From positions 16,545 to 80,544 of the forward strand of contig CAZHYL010000004.1 in the NCBI GenBank assembly GCA_964536745.1: a stretch of 64,000 bases of DNA, in the 5' to 3' direction. The DNA is from an uncultured Candidatus Saccharibacteria bacterium (GTDB taxonomy: Bacteria; Patescibacteriota; Doudnabacteria; UBA920). Positions 29,885-40,337 of this stretch are shown one piece after another. Position 1 is the stretch's first letter, and the number at the start of each line of letters is the position of its first letter. A model generated the notes under the pieces. It saw only the letters and a program-made list of their open reading frames with translations. It had not been told where the DNA came from and ran no database searches. The position numbers and the translations under genes are program-made.

Positions 29885-29909
29885 TTAAAAAGCGCTGTAA
29901 TGGCGCTTT

Positions 29910-30995
29910 TTATAAATACTTTTTAAAAGTTTTATCTTCTTTTAACTTTTTTATAATTTCCTTTAATTCTATACTTTTATCTTTATCTGATATTAGAACC
30001 GCATCTGGTGTTACAATAATAACTAAATCTTTTGTATGTAGTGTTGTTACTAATTGTTTTGGGTTGAAGTTATAAATTAATGAGTTTGAGGTCTCGTGTC
30101 CTAAATGTAAACCCCTTGAAAAGTTTTCTTTTTGCTTTGATTGAACATCTTTAATTTCTTTCCAACTACCAATATCTATCCAATCGAAACCAGCTTCAAT
30201 GGTTGTAATATCGTTTTTTATTTTTTCGATAATACCATTTTCAATTTCAACCTTAGGCATTAAGGGGTAAAATTTGTTTATAGCCCATTGTTGCTTCTTG
30301 GTTCCTATATAAGGTTCCATTTTATTTAGTAGCTCGTAGACCTCTGGTAAATGTTTTTTATACAAGTCTAATAAAGTTTTCGTTTTCCAAATAAAGTAGC
30401 CACTGTTCCATAAGTATTTACCAGACTTCAAAAATTTTTCTGCTGTTTTTAAATCCGGCTTCTCTTTAAATGAGTTAACTTTAAATAACGGTAAACCTAA
30501 CTTGTTAGGAATTTTAGATTGCTTCTTAATATAACCAAATCCAGTATGTGGGTGAGTTGGTTTGACGCCAATAGTTAGTACTTTATTAGGGTTGTTATTT
30601 AAATATTTTTCAGCAGATTGAAGTAGTTTTTTGAAGTAATTTCTTGGTTCTTTAATGTGATGGTCGCTCCACATTGTCATAAAGGTTGACTCTGGATCAT
30701 CATGATGCATGATTAATGCAGCAAGGGCTATAGCTGGTCCGCGATCTCTTAAAACTGGTTCCAATGAGTATTTAGAGATTGGTATTTCAGGTAGTTGTTT
30801 TTTTATGACATTTTTATAATCATTTAAAGTAGCGATAAAAATACGATCCTGTTTTACCCAGGATCGGCAACGTTCATATGTGTTCTCTAATAGAGTCTTA
30901 TCTCCAACCAGTTTTAAGATTTGTTTAGGAGTAGATTTTCTACTAATTGGCCAGAGTCTTGTTCCACTACCTCCAGCAAAAATTAAAATATTCAT
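29910..30995 (-). CDS. manC: Mannose-1-phosphate guanylyltransferase
   Basis: AGGSGTRLWPISR..PKQ, SDH, TGFGYI, FKEKP, WNSG, WIDIGSW. Confidence 0.9.
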   Translation of the reverse strand: MNILIFAGGSGTRLWPISRKSTPKQILKLVGDKTLLENTYERCRSWVKQDRIFIATLNDYKNVIKKQLPEIPISKYSLEPVLRDRGPAIALAALIMHHDDPESTFMTMWSDHHIKEPRNYFKKLLQSAEKYLNNNPNKVLTIGVKPTHPHTGFGYIKKQSKIPNKLGLPLFKVNSFKEKPDLKTAEKFLKSGKYLWNSGYFIWKTKTLLDLYKKHLPEVYELLNKMEPYIGTKKQQWAINKFYPLMPKVEIENGIIEKIKNDITTIEAGFDWIDIGSWKEIKDVQSKQKENFSRGLHLGHETSNSLIYNFNPKQLVTTLHTKDLVIIVTPDAVLISDKDKSIELKEIIKKLKEDKTFKKYL

Positions 30996-31000
30996 GTTTG

Positions 31001-31549
31001 TTAAGGTTTAGGCTGTTCTTTCCCTTGAGTATTACTATGCTGTTCATATAATTGCAAAATTAAACTAGCGATTTTCCCAGGGTTTGGAACATTGGTAAAC
31101 TCAAATCGTTGAGCAGCTCCAGCGGTTTGGATATACACAGTACCATAATCTAGAATATTGCCGAATACCCCAGTATTTTGACTTGTAACATCTTCTATGG
31201 TTTCAATATTTAATTCTGAAACCTCACGGAATAATAATCCCACCTGATCTATATCCACAATTCTTTGATCGCTAACAATATGAACATTTAGATAATAAAG
31301 CACCCAAATTACGAACAAGGCAATTAATAATCCTAAGTAATACAGTTGAACTCCAACAATAGAGATATTGGTTATTAAATCTGAATCAAACTGAACATTT
31401 AATGCAGCTATTATAATTCGTATAACAATCGGCGCAATCATTAAAATAAAAATGATAGAAAACTTTAATGCTAATAGGAACCAATGTTCTCTTACCACAA
31501 GCATTATTTTTTCGTTTGGTTGTTGGCTAGGAAATAATTTATGCGACAT
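31001..31549 (-). CDS. Membrane protein with bacterial PH (bPH_2) domain
   Basis: Two TM helices; RIVDIDQ, IEDVT, YGTVYIQTAG. Confidence 0.8.
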   Translation of the reverse strand: MSHKLFPSQQPNEKIMLVVREHWFLLALKFSIIFILMIAPIVIRIIIAALNVQFDSDLITNISIVGVQLYYLGLLIALFVIWVLYYLNVHIVSDQRIVDIDQVGLLFREVSELNIETIEDVTSQNTGVFGNILDYGTVYIQTAGAAQRFEFTNVPNPGKIASLILQLYEQHSNTQGKEQPKP

Positions 31550-31756
31550 TTAGAAAACCACCTGAAGCGTTGTAAACGCAGATAATGATAATAAAATAAA
31601 CAAACCTACAAACACGACGCTGGAGAACAAAGTAATTGATTTACTCCTACCATATTTATTAAGTATAAAAATACTTAACAAGGCAATAATCCCAAAAATG
31701 ATTATTATGATAAAAAATCCTATATTAAGAATGTTTATGATTATATCTTGGTTCAT
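31550..31756 (-). CDS. Small two-TM hypothetical protein
   Basis: Hydrophobic 68 aa; coupled to ruvB. Confidence 0.7.
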   Translation of the reverse strand: MNQDIIINILNIGFFIIIIIFGIIALLSIFILNKYGRSKSITLFSSVVFVGLFILLSLSAFTTLQVVF

Positions 31757-32802
31757 AGATTAAGTTTTGGTTGTTGTGATGTTAATTTATCTGGCACCTC
31801 ATAGTCTAACAGTTCATAGGCTATCTTAGTTGCTTCTCTACCTTTTGGTGTTCTGTTTAAGAAACCAGACCTTATTAAAAATGGTTCATGAACGTCTGCT
31901 ATAGTATCTACCTCTTCTCCAGTAGCTGCGGCAATAGAACTAATTCCGACAGGACCACCACCAAACTGATTGATTATAATCTCAAGAATTTTTCTATCAT
32001 GCTTATCCAAACCATGCTCGTCTATCTCTAACATATCTAAACTTTGCTTTGCATGCTCTACTTCTATTTTATCATTTCCAGAAACCTGGGTGAAATCACG
32101 AACTCTTTTCAGGAGCCTGTTCGCAATTCTAGGAGTAAAACGACTTCTTTTTGCAATCAGTTTCACTGCCTCTGGGGCAATAGGAGTTTTTAAAATATCA
32201 GCCGATCTTGAGATGATTTTAGCTAAGTCTTCATCGGAATAGTAGTCTAAGTGATAAACAATTCCAAATCGATCGCGCATAGGAGCAGAGATTAACCCAA
32301 TTCTGGTTGTTGCTCCAATCAAGGTAAAACGGGGGAGTTCCATTCTAACACTTCTTGCTCCAGGTCCTTTTCCAATCATAATATCTAATACTCCATCTTC
32401 CATAGCAGGGTAAAGAACTTCCTCGATTACTTTATTTAACCTATGAATTTCATCGATAAATAATACATCGCCAGCGCTTAGGTTGGTTAATAAGGAAGCT
32501 AAGTCCCCAGCTCTTTCTATTGCTGGGCCAGAAGTAGTTTTTATATTACTTCCAAGTTCTTTAGAGATAATATGTGCAAGAGTGGTTTTCCCCAAGCCTG
32601 GTGGTCCATACAGTAGAAGGTGATCTAAAGGCTCATCTCTTAGTTTTGTCGCCTTTATAACAATTTCTAAATTATTTTTTAAGGTCTGCTGACCGACAAA
32701 TTGTTCAAGAATACTTGGCCGTAAGCTTACCTCAAAAGAACCTTCTTCAATAGAAGGTTCGGTTGGGTCAAGAATGGTTTCTGTATCACTGTTAGTAATC
32801 AT
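31753..32802 (-). CDS. ruvB: Holliday junction branch migration ATPase
   Basis: [30 protein letters not shown]. Confidence 0.97.
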   Translation of the reverse strand: MITNSDTETILDPTEPSIEEGSFEVSLRPSILEQFVGQQTLKNNLEIVIKATKLRDEPLDHLLLYGPPGLGKTTLAHIISKELGSNIKTTSGPAIERAGDLASLLTNLSAGDVLFIDEIHRLNKVIEEVLYPAMEDGVLDIMIGKGPGARSVRMELPRFTLIGATTRIGLISAPMRDRFGIVYHLDYYSDEDLAKIISRSADILKTPIAPEAVKLIAKRSRFTPRIANRLLKRVRDFTQVSGNDKIEVEHAKQSLDMLEIDEHGLDKHDRKILEIIINQFGGGPVGISSIAAATGEEVDTIADVHEPFLIRSGFLNRTPKGREATKIAYELLDYEVPDKLTSQQPKLNL

Positions 32803-34098
32803 TTAGTTGTTAGTATTAGAACTCGGCTTTTCTTCTGTAGGTGTGGTTGGTTTATTTGGATCTTCAGTAGTTGCTGGGGTTGTTGGTTGATTAGACTCGC
32901 CACTTACAAATTCTTCTTCTTTATGGAATAGCGCTGGTGGTTGATAAACAGAAGAAAATGTTTGAGTATCCTTATTCCCATCTTTTATTACAGTTCTTGT
33001 CCAAGAAGCTTTCATTGAACCATCAGATTTTCTATCAAAGACAGATGGTTGATTAAGTTTTACTTCTCTTCCGTCATAAGTTCCGTAAAAATCAAATACT
33101 AAATAATCATTATCTTTGAAGTACGGCCAGATCAAGATACTATGACCGGTGTCATTTTTGAATTTTAAATCTATAACGCCAGGGTAGATGGTTGCATCAG
33201 TACCTTGAGGTGAATAGTATTGAACCGCATATGAATGATTTCTCCTTTGAGTGATTGGTAAACCTGCATGCATGGCAGCTCTAAATGTAGTAGACGAAAC
33301 TTGGCAAAGCCCACCTCCTAATTCTGGAACAGTTCCTGATTTTTTAATTACCAACTCTGGCTTAAACCCTTGGTCGGCTTCAACTGGGCCAAGATATTTA
33401 TTGAAACTAAATTCCTCATCTGGTTTTACAATTACACCTTGAATCTTACTAACCCCGACTTTAATGTTATGTCTTCTATTCGCTGGACTGCCAGAAAACT
33501 TTGATTCACCTCTGCCAATGAGTTCTATGATTCCTAAATCATTAGTTTCCTTAAGCAGCTTTGAAGGTTGAGTGGTCTTTACAGATAAATCCACTTCTTT
33601 ATTACCAAGCTCAATACTTCTTAAAATTTGAAGTGTACTGTTATAGCGATCTAATTGTTTACCAATTGTTGGCGGAGTAAATTTAGTAGCTCTGCCATCT
33701 TTAATTACTAGCTCAGGTTCTTGAGTTTCACTGTTTACATTATCTGCGATAGTTTTAGTCCAAGCGTAAACTTCGCTAGGGTTGTACTTAAATGTTCTGG
33801 TCTGATTTTTTGGTTTATAATTTTTTACATAAGTACTTTTTACAAGTTCTTGTAATTCAAAAGATGGATATTTAGTTAGTTCAGAAACGGGGAGTGTGGA
33901 TTTCCCTGACCACTCTTTTAACTGCGCGTCGTTAATTTTTACAGTAGAAATTTCGTTAGTTGTGGTTACAGAGTCGTAAGTTGGAACTGGGAGCTGGTCC
34001 ATCACAGCCCCTTTTACAACTTGAGGTATTAAAGCTAATCCTCCTGCGGTTGCCGCAGTGAGTAATCCGTATTTAATTTTTTGATAGTTTATTATCAT
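32803..34098 (-). CDS. VanW-family exported protein
   Basis: FSFN..LG, GGGLCQVSST, RRNHSY, DATIY, DLKFKNDT. Confidence 0.9.
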   Translation of the reverse strand: MIINYQKIKYGLLTAATAGGLALIPQVVKGAVMDQLPVPTYDSVTTTNEISTVKINDAQLKEWSGKSTLPVSELTKYPSFELQELVKSTYVKNYKPKNQTRTFKYNPSEVYAWTKTIADNVNSETQEPELVIKDGRATKFTPPTIGKQLDRYNSTLQILRSIELGNKEVDLSVKTTQPSKLLKETNDLGIIELIGRGESKFSGSPANRRHNIKVGVSKIQGVIVKPDEEFSFNKYLGPVEADQGFKPELVIKKSGTVPELGGGLCQVSSTTFRAAMHAGLPITQRRNHSYAVQYYSPQGTDATIYPGVIDLKFKNDTGHSILIWPYFKDNDYLVFDFYGTYDGREVKLNQPSVFDRKSDGSMKASWTRTVIKDGNKDTQTFSSVYQPPALFHKEEEFVSGESNQPTTPATTEDPNKPTTPTEEKPSSNTNN

Positions 34099-34489
34099 CT
34101 CTTGTAAACAAAATTTTTATAGTGTTCTTTGGAAGTTGTGAGGAAATTTTATCAGCCCACTCTATGACTGTAATTACTTCTGGTCTACCCCAAACTTCTG
34201 TTAATCCAATATCTTTAATCTCTGAAAAGTTTTTTGTACGATATAGATCCAAATGATAAAGCCAGATTGGTTTAGAATCACTACCCTTAAGCTTAGTTTT
34301 ATAGTGCTGCATTAGCACAAAAGTAGGGCTAGTGATGAGCTCTCTTACCCCAAGTTGTTCCCCAAGAGCTTTTGTAAAAGTAGTTTTACCGCTTCCTAGA
34401 TCTCCTGAGAGTGCTAGAATTTCTCCACCCTTCAAAGTACCTGCTATTTTTCGTGCTTGTTTTACTGCTTGTGAAAGCTTGATATTCAT
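34073..34489 (-). CDS. tsaE: t6A biosynthesis ATPase
   Basis: GDLGSGKTTF, SPTF, HLDLYR, IEWA. Confidence 0.95.
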   Translation of the reverse strand: MNIKLSQAVKQARKIAGTLKGGEILALSGDLGSGKTTFTKALGEQLGVRELITSPTFVLMQHYKTKLKGSDSKPIWLYHLDLYRTKNFSEIKDIGLTEVWGRPEVITVIEWADKISSQLPKNTIKILFTRDDNKLSKN

Positions 34490-34573
34490 ATTTTAAAGCT
34501 CTATATATAGTATATTTTAGCTGTATTGACCAAAATAGTAAACTTAGGATATAGTAAATAACTATTCATATTT

Positions 34574-35722
34574 ATGGACCAAGAAATTCGAGAAAAATTA
34601 GATAAAATTATTCAATCAGCGAAAAACATTGCTATTGTTTTACCTGATTATGTTTCAGTTGACCATTTTTGTGCTGGGGTCGCATTACAGGCTAAATTTA
34701 ATAAGGATGGTAAGCAAGCCCTGATATTCACTTCATCTAAGAGCCTCCCTAAGCTTCCGTTTTTTGGTTCTGTACCACAAACTTATAGTGATTTTGGAAG
34801 CAATAATGAGTTGGTTGTTAAGGTAGATGGTGACTTGGTCAAACCAACACAAATTAGGTATGAGAAATCTGGAAATGATTTATTAGTTTATATTGGTTCT
34901 GGGGAAGGAGTCTTGCAACCATCTCAAGTACAGGTTTTGCCACAATTCACAAATATAGATTTATTTGTCATTATCGGCGCGGCTTCTTTAGATAGTTTGG
35001 GATCAATTTATTTTGATAATACGGAGAAGTTTTTTCAAACACCGAAAATTTGCATTAATAATAGTATAGATCAAGAGTATTTTGCTAATCTAACTTGGGT
35101 TGAATTAGAGACTACTAGTATTTGTGAGCAACTTGCTAGATGGTTTGGGGGTACAGTTATCTCACAAAAAGATGACCTGATTAATACAAGTTTATTGGCT
35201 GGAATTATTGCACAGACTGGGAGTTTTAAAGATCCAAAAACTACACCAGAGAGTTTACTCGTTGCAGCCAACTTAGTTAGTAATAATGCAAGACAGCAAG
35301 AAATAATTCAACATTTTTACAAAACAAAGCCTTTTAATATTCTTCAGCTTTGGGGAAGAGCGCTGGCAAGAATCAAAACAATCAATAATGAAATTTTGTA
35401 TACAGTTATTACCAAACAAGATTTCGAAAAAACCCAATCGAGCATAGAATCTGTTAAGGAAGTTTTAAAAGAAATTATTTCGATGACAACAGCTTACCAC
35501 CTTATTAGTGTGGTAGCGGAAACTGGTTCAGGTATAGAATTATTTATTTCTGCGCAACCACACATTAAATTGTCTAGGATCGCTAAGTTATTTGACCAGA
35601 ATTTTGAGGGAAAACCAAACGTGTTGGTATCTAATTACTATTACGTTAATTTAAAACTAGAAAATCACGACACAGCTTGGGCCGAAAGAATTATTTCTGA
35701 GCTAAGGCTAACTGGTATATAA
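34574..35722 (+). CDS. Degenerate DHH-family (NrnA-like) protein
   Basis: DHH-fold order retained (LLAGIIAQTGSF, LWGRAL) but DHH replaced by NNS. Confidence 0.7.
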   Translation: MDQEIREKLDKIIQSAKNIAIVLPDYVSVDHFCAGVALQAKFNKDGKQALIFTSSKSLPKLPFFGSVPQTYSDFGSNNELVVKVDGDLVKPTQIRYEKSGNDLLVYIGSGEGVLQPSQVQVLPQFTNIDLFVIIGAASLDSLGSIYFDNTEKFFQTPKICINNSIDQEYFANLTWVELETTSICEQLARWFGGTVISQKDDLINTSLLAGIIAQTGSFKDPKTTPESLLVAANLVSNNARQQEIIQHFYKTKPFNILQLWGRALARIKTINNEILYTVITKQDFEKTQSSIESVKEVLKEIISMTTAYHLISVVAETGSGIELFISAQPHIKLSRIAKLFDQNFEGKPNVLVSNYYYVNLKLENHDTAWAERIISELRLTGI

Positions 35723-35760
35723 TAAGATAGAGATTATAAAAGCCGAAAGAAAAACAAAAA

Positions 35761-37392
35761 ATGTCGTCGTTCTTATCGAACAACCCAGCAGAACTTAACC
35801 AAGCTTTAACCGACCAGAAGCGTCAGATGGAAGAAACCCAAAGCAAGCGAAAAGCGGATGTTTATCATTTGCCATATTTAAACATGCAAAGTTTTCCTTT
35901 GGACTTAAACTCATTGGCTCTTATTACAAGAGAGCAAGCTGAACAAGCTCAAGGGTTACCGTTTTTTAAAGAAGGTAAAAACTTAAAGGTTGCTACAACT
36001 AACCCTCAGAATCAGCTGTTTAAAGAGATAGTTAAAGAGCTATCACAAAAGTTTGTAATCACCACATACTTTGTTTCTAACTCAAGCTTTCTTCACACCT
36101 TAGATTTTTACGACAAGGTTGTTACCCCGACCTCAAAGTTCCAAGAAATAATTACTGTTGTAGAAGGTGTGGACTACACTCCAAAGTTAAAAGAAATTGA
36201 AAAAGACTTTAGTAATACCAGCGAAACATTAGCAGTAATTTTTGGGTCAGCGATTAATCAAAATTCATCAGACATTCATATCGAACCAGAAGACCATTTA
36301 TTGAAGATTCGTTTCAGAGTGGATGGGGTTTTACATGACGCGGTTTTACTTCCCAAGTTAGCACAGAAGTCAATTTTGTCGAGAATTAAGTTAATGGCCA
36401 AGATGAAGTTGAATGTAGAGAATGAAGCACAGGATGGAAGAATCACAATCTTAAATGGGAAGACTGAGTTAGATGTTCGTGTTTCAGTATTACCATCAAG
36501 TTTTGGAGAAGCTGTAGTTATGAGACTCCTTGGTATTGGAACGGTAGATTTGAAAATTGAGCAATTAGGTTTACGTGGGAAGGCATTAGAAGTTATAGAA
36601 ACACAGTTACATAAACCAAACGGAATGATTATCACCACTGGACCTACTGGTAGTGGTAAAACCACAACGCTTTATTCGTTTTTAAAAGAGCTTAATCAAC
36701 CTGGAGTAAAAATTATTACTCTGGAAGACCCAGTTGAATATAAAGTTGAAGGTATTCAGCAAACCCCAATCGATCATAGGGTTGATTTTAGTTTTGCGAA
36801 AGCTTTAAGATCAGTTCTACGTCAGGATCCAGATGTGGTTATGGTTGGTGAAATCCGCGACCCTGAAACTGCAGAGACCGCTCTTCAAGCCGCACTCACG
36901 GGGCATGTAGTTCTTTCAACTCTTCATACTAACGATGCTACTGGTGCTGTCCCAAGATTATTTACTATGGGTGTAAAACCTTTTATTATTGCTCCAGCTG
37001 TGAATGCAATAATCGCACAGCGGTTGGTAAGAAGATTATGTGAATCCTGTATAGAGCCTACAACTTTAGATGAACCAACCTCAGCAAAAGTTGCAGCTAT
37101 TTTAGAATCAATTCCAAAGAATAGCGGCTTAGAAGTTCCACAGTCAAAACAATTTTTCACTAGTAAGGGCTGCGACAAGTGTAAAGGACTTGGTTATAAA
37201 GGACGAATGGGGATATATGAAGTCATAGAAGTTACAGACAAGATGAAAGCTCTTATTCTTAACGAACCTTCTGGTTTAGCAATTAAGCAACTTGCTACCG
37301 AACAAGGCAGTACCACTATGCTACAAGATGGAATAGTAAAAGCCCTAGAAAAGATTACAAACGTAGAAGAAGTTTTTCGTGTGGCCGGTTAG
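35761..37392 (+). CDS. pilB: Type IV pilus/T2SS assembly ATPase (PilB/GspE)
   Basis: SDIHIEP, GPTGSGKTTT, LEDPVE, LRQDPD, STLHTN, two CxxC motifs. Confidence 0.9.
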   Translation: MSSFLSNNPAELNQALTDQKRQMEETQSKRKADVYHLPYLNMQSFPLDLNSLALITREQAEQAQGLPFFKEGKNLKVATTNPQNQLFKEIVKELSQKFVITTYFVSNSSFLHTLDFYDKVVTPTSKFQEIITVVEGVDYTPKLKEIEKDFSNTSETLAVIFGSAINQNSSDIHIEPEDHLLKIRFRVDGVLHDAVLLPKLAQKSILSRIKLMAKMKLNVENEAQDGRITILNGKTELDVRVSVLPSSFGEAVVMRLLGIGTVDLKIEQLGLRGKALEVIETQLHKPNGMIITTGPTGSGKTTTLYSFLKELNQPGVKIITLEDPVEYKVEGIQQTPIDHRVDFSFAKALRSVLRQDPDVVMVGEIRDPETAETALQAALTGHVVLSTLHTNDATGAVPRLFTMGVKPFIIAPAVNAIIAQRLVRRLCESCIEPTTLDEPTSAKVAAILESIPKNSGLEVPQSKQFFTSKGCDKCKGLGYKGRMGIYEVIEVTDKMKALILNEPSGLAIKQLATEQGSTTMLQDGIVKALEKITNVEEVFRVAG

Positions 37393-37434
37393 GGTGTATA
37401 ATATTTATAAAGCTAAACAATTAATAAAAAGCTA

Positions 37435-37896
37435 ATGTCAGAAAAAAATAATAGTGGAAATGGGCTAGCGGGCCTATTCTATAAAGACTCTAAATTACAG
37501 CCAGCGGGTTTTGTGGCTGCGATCGCATTGTTCTTGGTTTGCGCTTGGGGGATAAGACAATATGTGAATCTCGACTCAAAAGGGTCTAGTGCGAATTGTT
37601 ATGGTTCGGATTGTCAACCATCAGTAACTATTGGTGGAAGAGTTTCAGGAGCAGGCTATAACAGTGCTATGTCTTACGGAACTCTCTACGTAAAAAATGG
37701 TGACTTGATCGAATTAACATGGATGGGTAATGCAGTGGATCGTTGTGAAGCGATTGGCCGATGGACAAAATTCAAAGGTACATATATGCCGCCAACATTG
37801 TATCCAGGAAAGATCAGTGCTTCTCAAGACTTTTCGGTAAAGTGTCGTAGAGGTAGAACAGAAGTCATGTCAACTTTGAGTGTAGTAGTGCAGTAG
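37435..37896 (+). CDS. Membrane-anchored Ig-like surface protein
   Basis: TM helix followed by Cys-containing beta domain (LTW...C...FSVKC). Confidence 0.6.
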   Translation: MSEKNNSGNGLAGLFYKDSKLQPAGFVAAIALFLVCAWGIRQYVNLDSKGSSANCYGSDCQPSVTIGGRVSGAGYNSAMSYGTLYVKNGDLIELTWMGNAVDRCEAIGRWTKFKGTYMPPTLYPGKISASQDFSVKCRRGRTEVMSTLSVVVQ

Positions 37897-37913
37897 TCAA
37901 AAAACCATCCTGT

Positions 37914-39254
37914 CTAGGATGGTTTTTTATAGCACACGTATTTATAAAAATGTTCAGAGATTGGTTCGAGACACTCCCATGGCTCTTGTAGAATTATGCT
38001 GGAATTATGATATAAGAACAGAGGCTGTGGGTATTGATTAAGAAACTGTTCATTTTTTGGATTTAGCCAATAAGTCTGCCATTGGACCAAGGATTTATCA
38101 TCTTCAAATAATCCTGGAGCAGATAATCTTATATTGCCAGAAAGGTTAGCTAACAACCAAGGCCCATCTTGAGCACTTAACGATAAAACATAAGCACCTT
38201 GATTCTTGGCTGAAAATCTATTAATTTCATGAATTGCTTCTTCCGTGATTTGTGTTTGTATACCTTTACTAAAACTATATAAATTAAATACACTTACAAT
38301 CAAAATCACACCCACAATAACATACTTCTGTATGGACGAGATTTTTAAATAATGTAGAGAGACTGATGAAAAGAAAATTAGACCCAGATCAAAGAACAAA
38401 ATCATTCGTTGGTGGAAGATTGTTTGTGAAATAATAATTACTACACTCACAGTAAGAAGACCGAGCCAATATAATTCTCGTCTCTTGATAAAGCTTTGGT
38501 AAATTCCATAGAGTGATAATGGTATTAAGTACCAACTATAAGATAAGTATTTAGTGAAAGGCATAAAAATGCCATCCTTAACGTTTGACTCAGAAAGTTT
38601 AGTTATATAACTTAATCCATTTAGTTTTGTAAGGAAAATGATTGTCATTAGTCCAATTGCTATTAGTAACCAGCGATTGATTTTTTTATTATCAAAAATA
38701 AAATAAATTGCTAATGCAAATGTAACAAGGATTGTTGTTGTTTTGTGGGTAATATAAATAAACAACAAGGGGATAAAAGAAAAAAGCTGTTTATTGTACT
38801 GAAGCAGTAAAAATGTAATTAGCATTAATACTTGGGCATAAGAACTTTTCCATAAAAACATGGAATAGCTTTGAGTTTGAGCAATAGAGAAGATAAAAAG
38901 TCCAACCCCAAATGTTGCTGAAAGAAGTGAATACTTTTTCAAATAATAGAAAAGTAGAATTGCTGAAAGAATACTAAACAATAAGTAAGATGTTTCTAAA
39001 GAAGGCACTTGAGGAAGTCTTAACCAATTAACAACCATAAACAAATGGTTGCCATAATCATTTACTTGTCCTAGAAAATAAGCTGGTGAATCAAGTGGGG
39101 TGTGTTTAATCGCATACGAATAAAATCCATAATCATAACCATACTGATCAACTCCGTGAGGAAGGGTTAGATTATGCACTGTTACCATAAGTAGGGAAAT
39201 GAGTATTAGATAAGTGAGATCTAGAAATGGTATTTTTTTGACTACGTTTTTCAT
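37914..39254 (-). CDS. Polytopic membrane protein, GT-C glycosyltransferase-like
   Basis: About 11-12 TM helices; GYDYGFY early loop; C-terminal external domain. Confidence 0.55.
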   Translation of the reverse strand: MKNVVKKIPFLDLTYLILISLLMVTVHNLTLPHGVDQYGYDYGFYSYAIKHTPLDSPAYFLGQVNDYGNHLFMVVNWLRLPQVPSLETSYLLFSILSAILLFYYLKKYSLLSATFGVGLFIFSIAQTQSYSMFLWKSSYAQVLMLITFLLLQYNKQLFSFIPLLFIYITHKTTTILVTFALAIYFIFDNKKINRWLLIAIGLMTIIFLTKLNGLSYITKLSESNVKDGIFMPFTKYLSYSWYLIPLSLYGIYQSFIKRRELYWLGLLTVSVVIIISQTIFHQRMILFFDLGLIFFSSVSLHYLKISSIQKYVIVGVILIVSVFNLYSFSKGIQTQITEEAIHEINRFSAKNQGAYVLSLSAQDGPWLLANLSGNIRLSAPGLFEDDKSLVQWQTYWLNPKNEQFLNQYPQPLFLYHNSSIILQEPWECLEPISEHFYKYVCYKKPS

Positions 39255-39438
39255 AACTGAATTATAAGGTTTTTAACCAAAAATAGCCAAAAATAGAGTA
39301 TTTTTACATTGACAAAAACACTATAATATGGTAAAATTTGACTTCGCCAATAATTGTTATCTAATCATTTTTATGGTTAGTTAGTAATTACTGGGGAATA
39401 CTGGTAATGAAGTACAACTTACTTTGGAGGAACATGAT

Positions 39439-40251
39439 ATGAAAAAGACATTCTTTATTTTGTTGGCGATGTTGGCTTTGGCTTTCTCGGTGATTGCTCA
39501 GCGCGACTTGCGTGGCGAGGCGATGGAGCGAAAGGCTTCGATCGATGAAGCAATGAAGCGAGTGCAGGTTCTACCTTCGAACCGAATCGCCGAGTATTCT
39601 GCTCGGATGGAGGCGGCGAAGGCAAAAGGTGCGCAGCAATCTGCTCCGGCGATGTTGTTTGCATCTTTCGGCAACACTTTCACAGGACTCACGGTTTACG
39701 CGTATAATGCGAAAGACCTGCCGGACGGAACAGTAGTCGCCGCGGTTAAGACCGTTGGTGGAAACGTTCAGGTTCTGAATTGGACTTACATGGCTGGCGG
39801 GGTTCCGGCAAGTTTCTTCCGCTATCCTTTGGAAGATGCCAAGCGAGGACAATGGACCGAACCATTCGGTGATATCTTGTACGAGATCTACACATTCTTT
39901 CCGGATACAACTACGAGTTACTCCTATGTCGTTAAGCCTATCAATAAGTATTGGTCGACAATGGTGACGACCGAAAAACTTATTGATACTGGTATGGCTA
40001 AGTTCATCGGTAACCAACCGATCATGTGGCTGCAGGGTTCGATTACGAGAACCAATGGACCTGTTTCGGTTATGGTCAAGGATCCTGATGTGGATTACGA
40101 TCAGAGAGCAGTGCCGTTCAGTATCAACGGCGGTAACCTCAAAGTCTACCTAAGTAGTTGGGGACAAGAGGTTGTTCCTGGTAGCGAGCTGATGGTGCTT
40201 GTTGGCACGGCCGACGGACGCACGGATCAATACTTGGTTCGAGTTCAATAG
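39439..40251 (+). CDS. Secreted orphan beta-sandwich protein (paralog of 44092-44766)
   Basis: GGAGG 39426-39430; signal peptide VIA|Q; visibly higher GC than neighbours. Confidence 0.75.
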   Translation: MKKTFFILLAMLALAFSVIAQRDLRGEAMERKASIDEAMKRVQVLPSNRIAEYSARMEAAKAKGAQQSAPAMLFASFGNTFTGLTVYAYNAKDLPDGTVVAAVKTVGGNVQVLNWTYMAGGVPASFFRYPLEDAKRGQWTEPFGDILYEIYTFFPDTTTSYSYVVKPINKYWSTMVTTEKLIDTGMAKFIGNQPIMWLQGSITRTNGPVSVMVKDPDVDYDQRAVPFSINGGNLKVYLSSWGQEVVPGSELMVLVGTADGRTDQYLVRVQ

Positions 40252-40337
40252 CATGGAATGTTGTTTTTACAAGGTGCTCGAAGTTTATCTTCGGGCGCTT
40301 TTTTTATGTTTAAAAACAAGCTAAAATTAGAATAATT

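Noticed and set aside
39455-40017. Antisense ORFs within the higher-GC secreted gene
   Set aside because: Expected from higher GC and stop-codon scarcity
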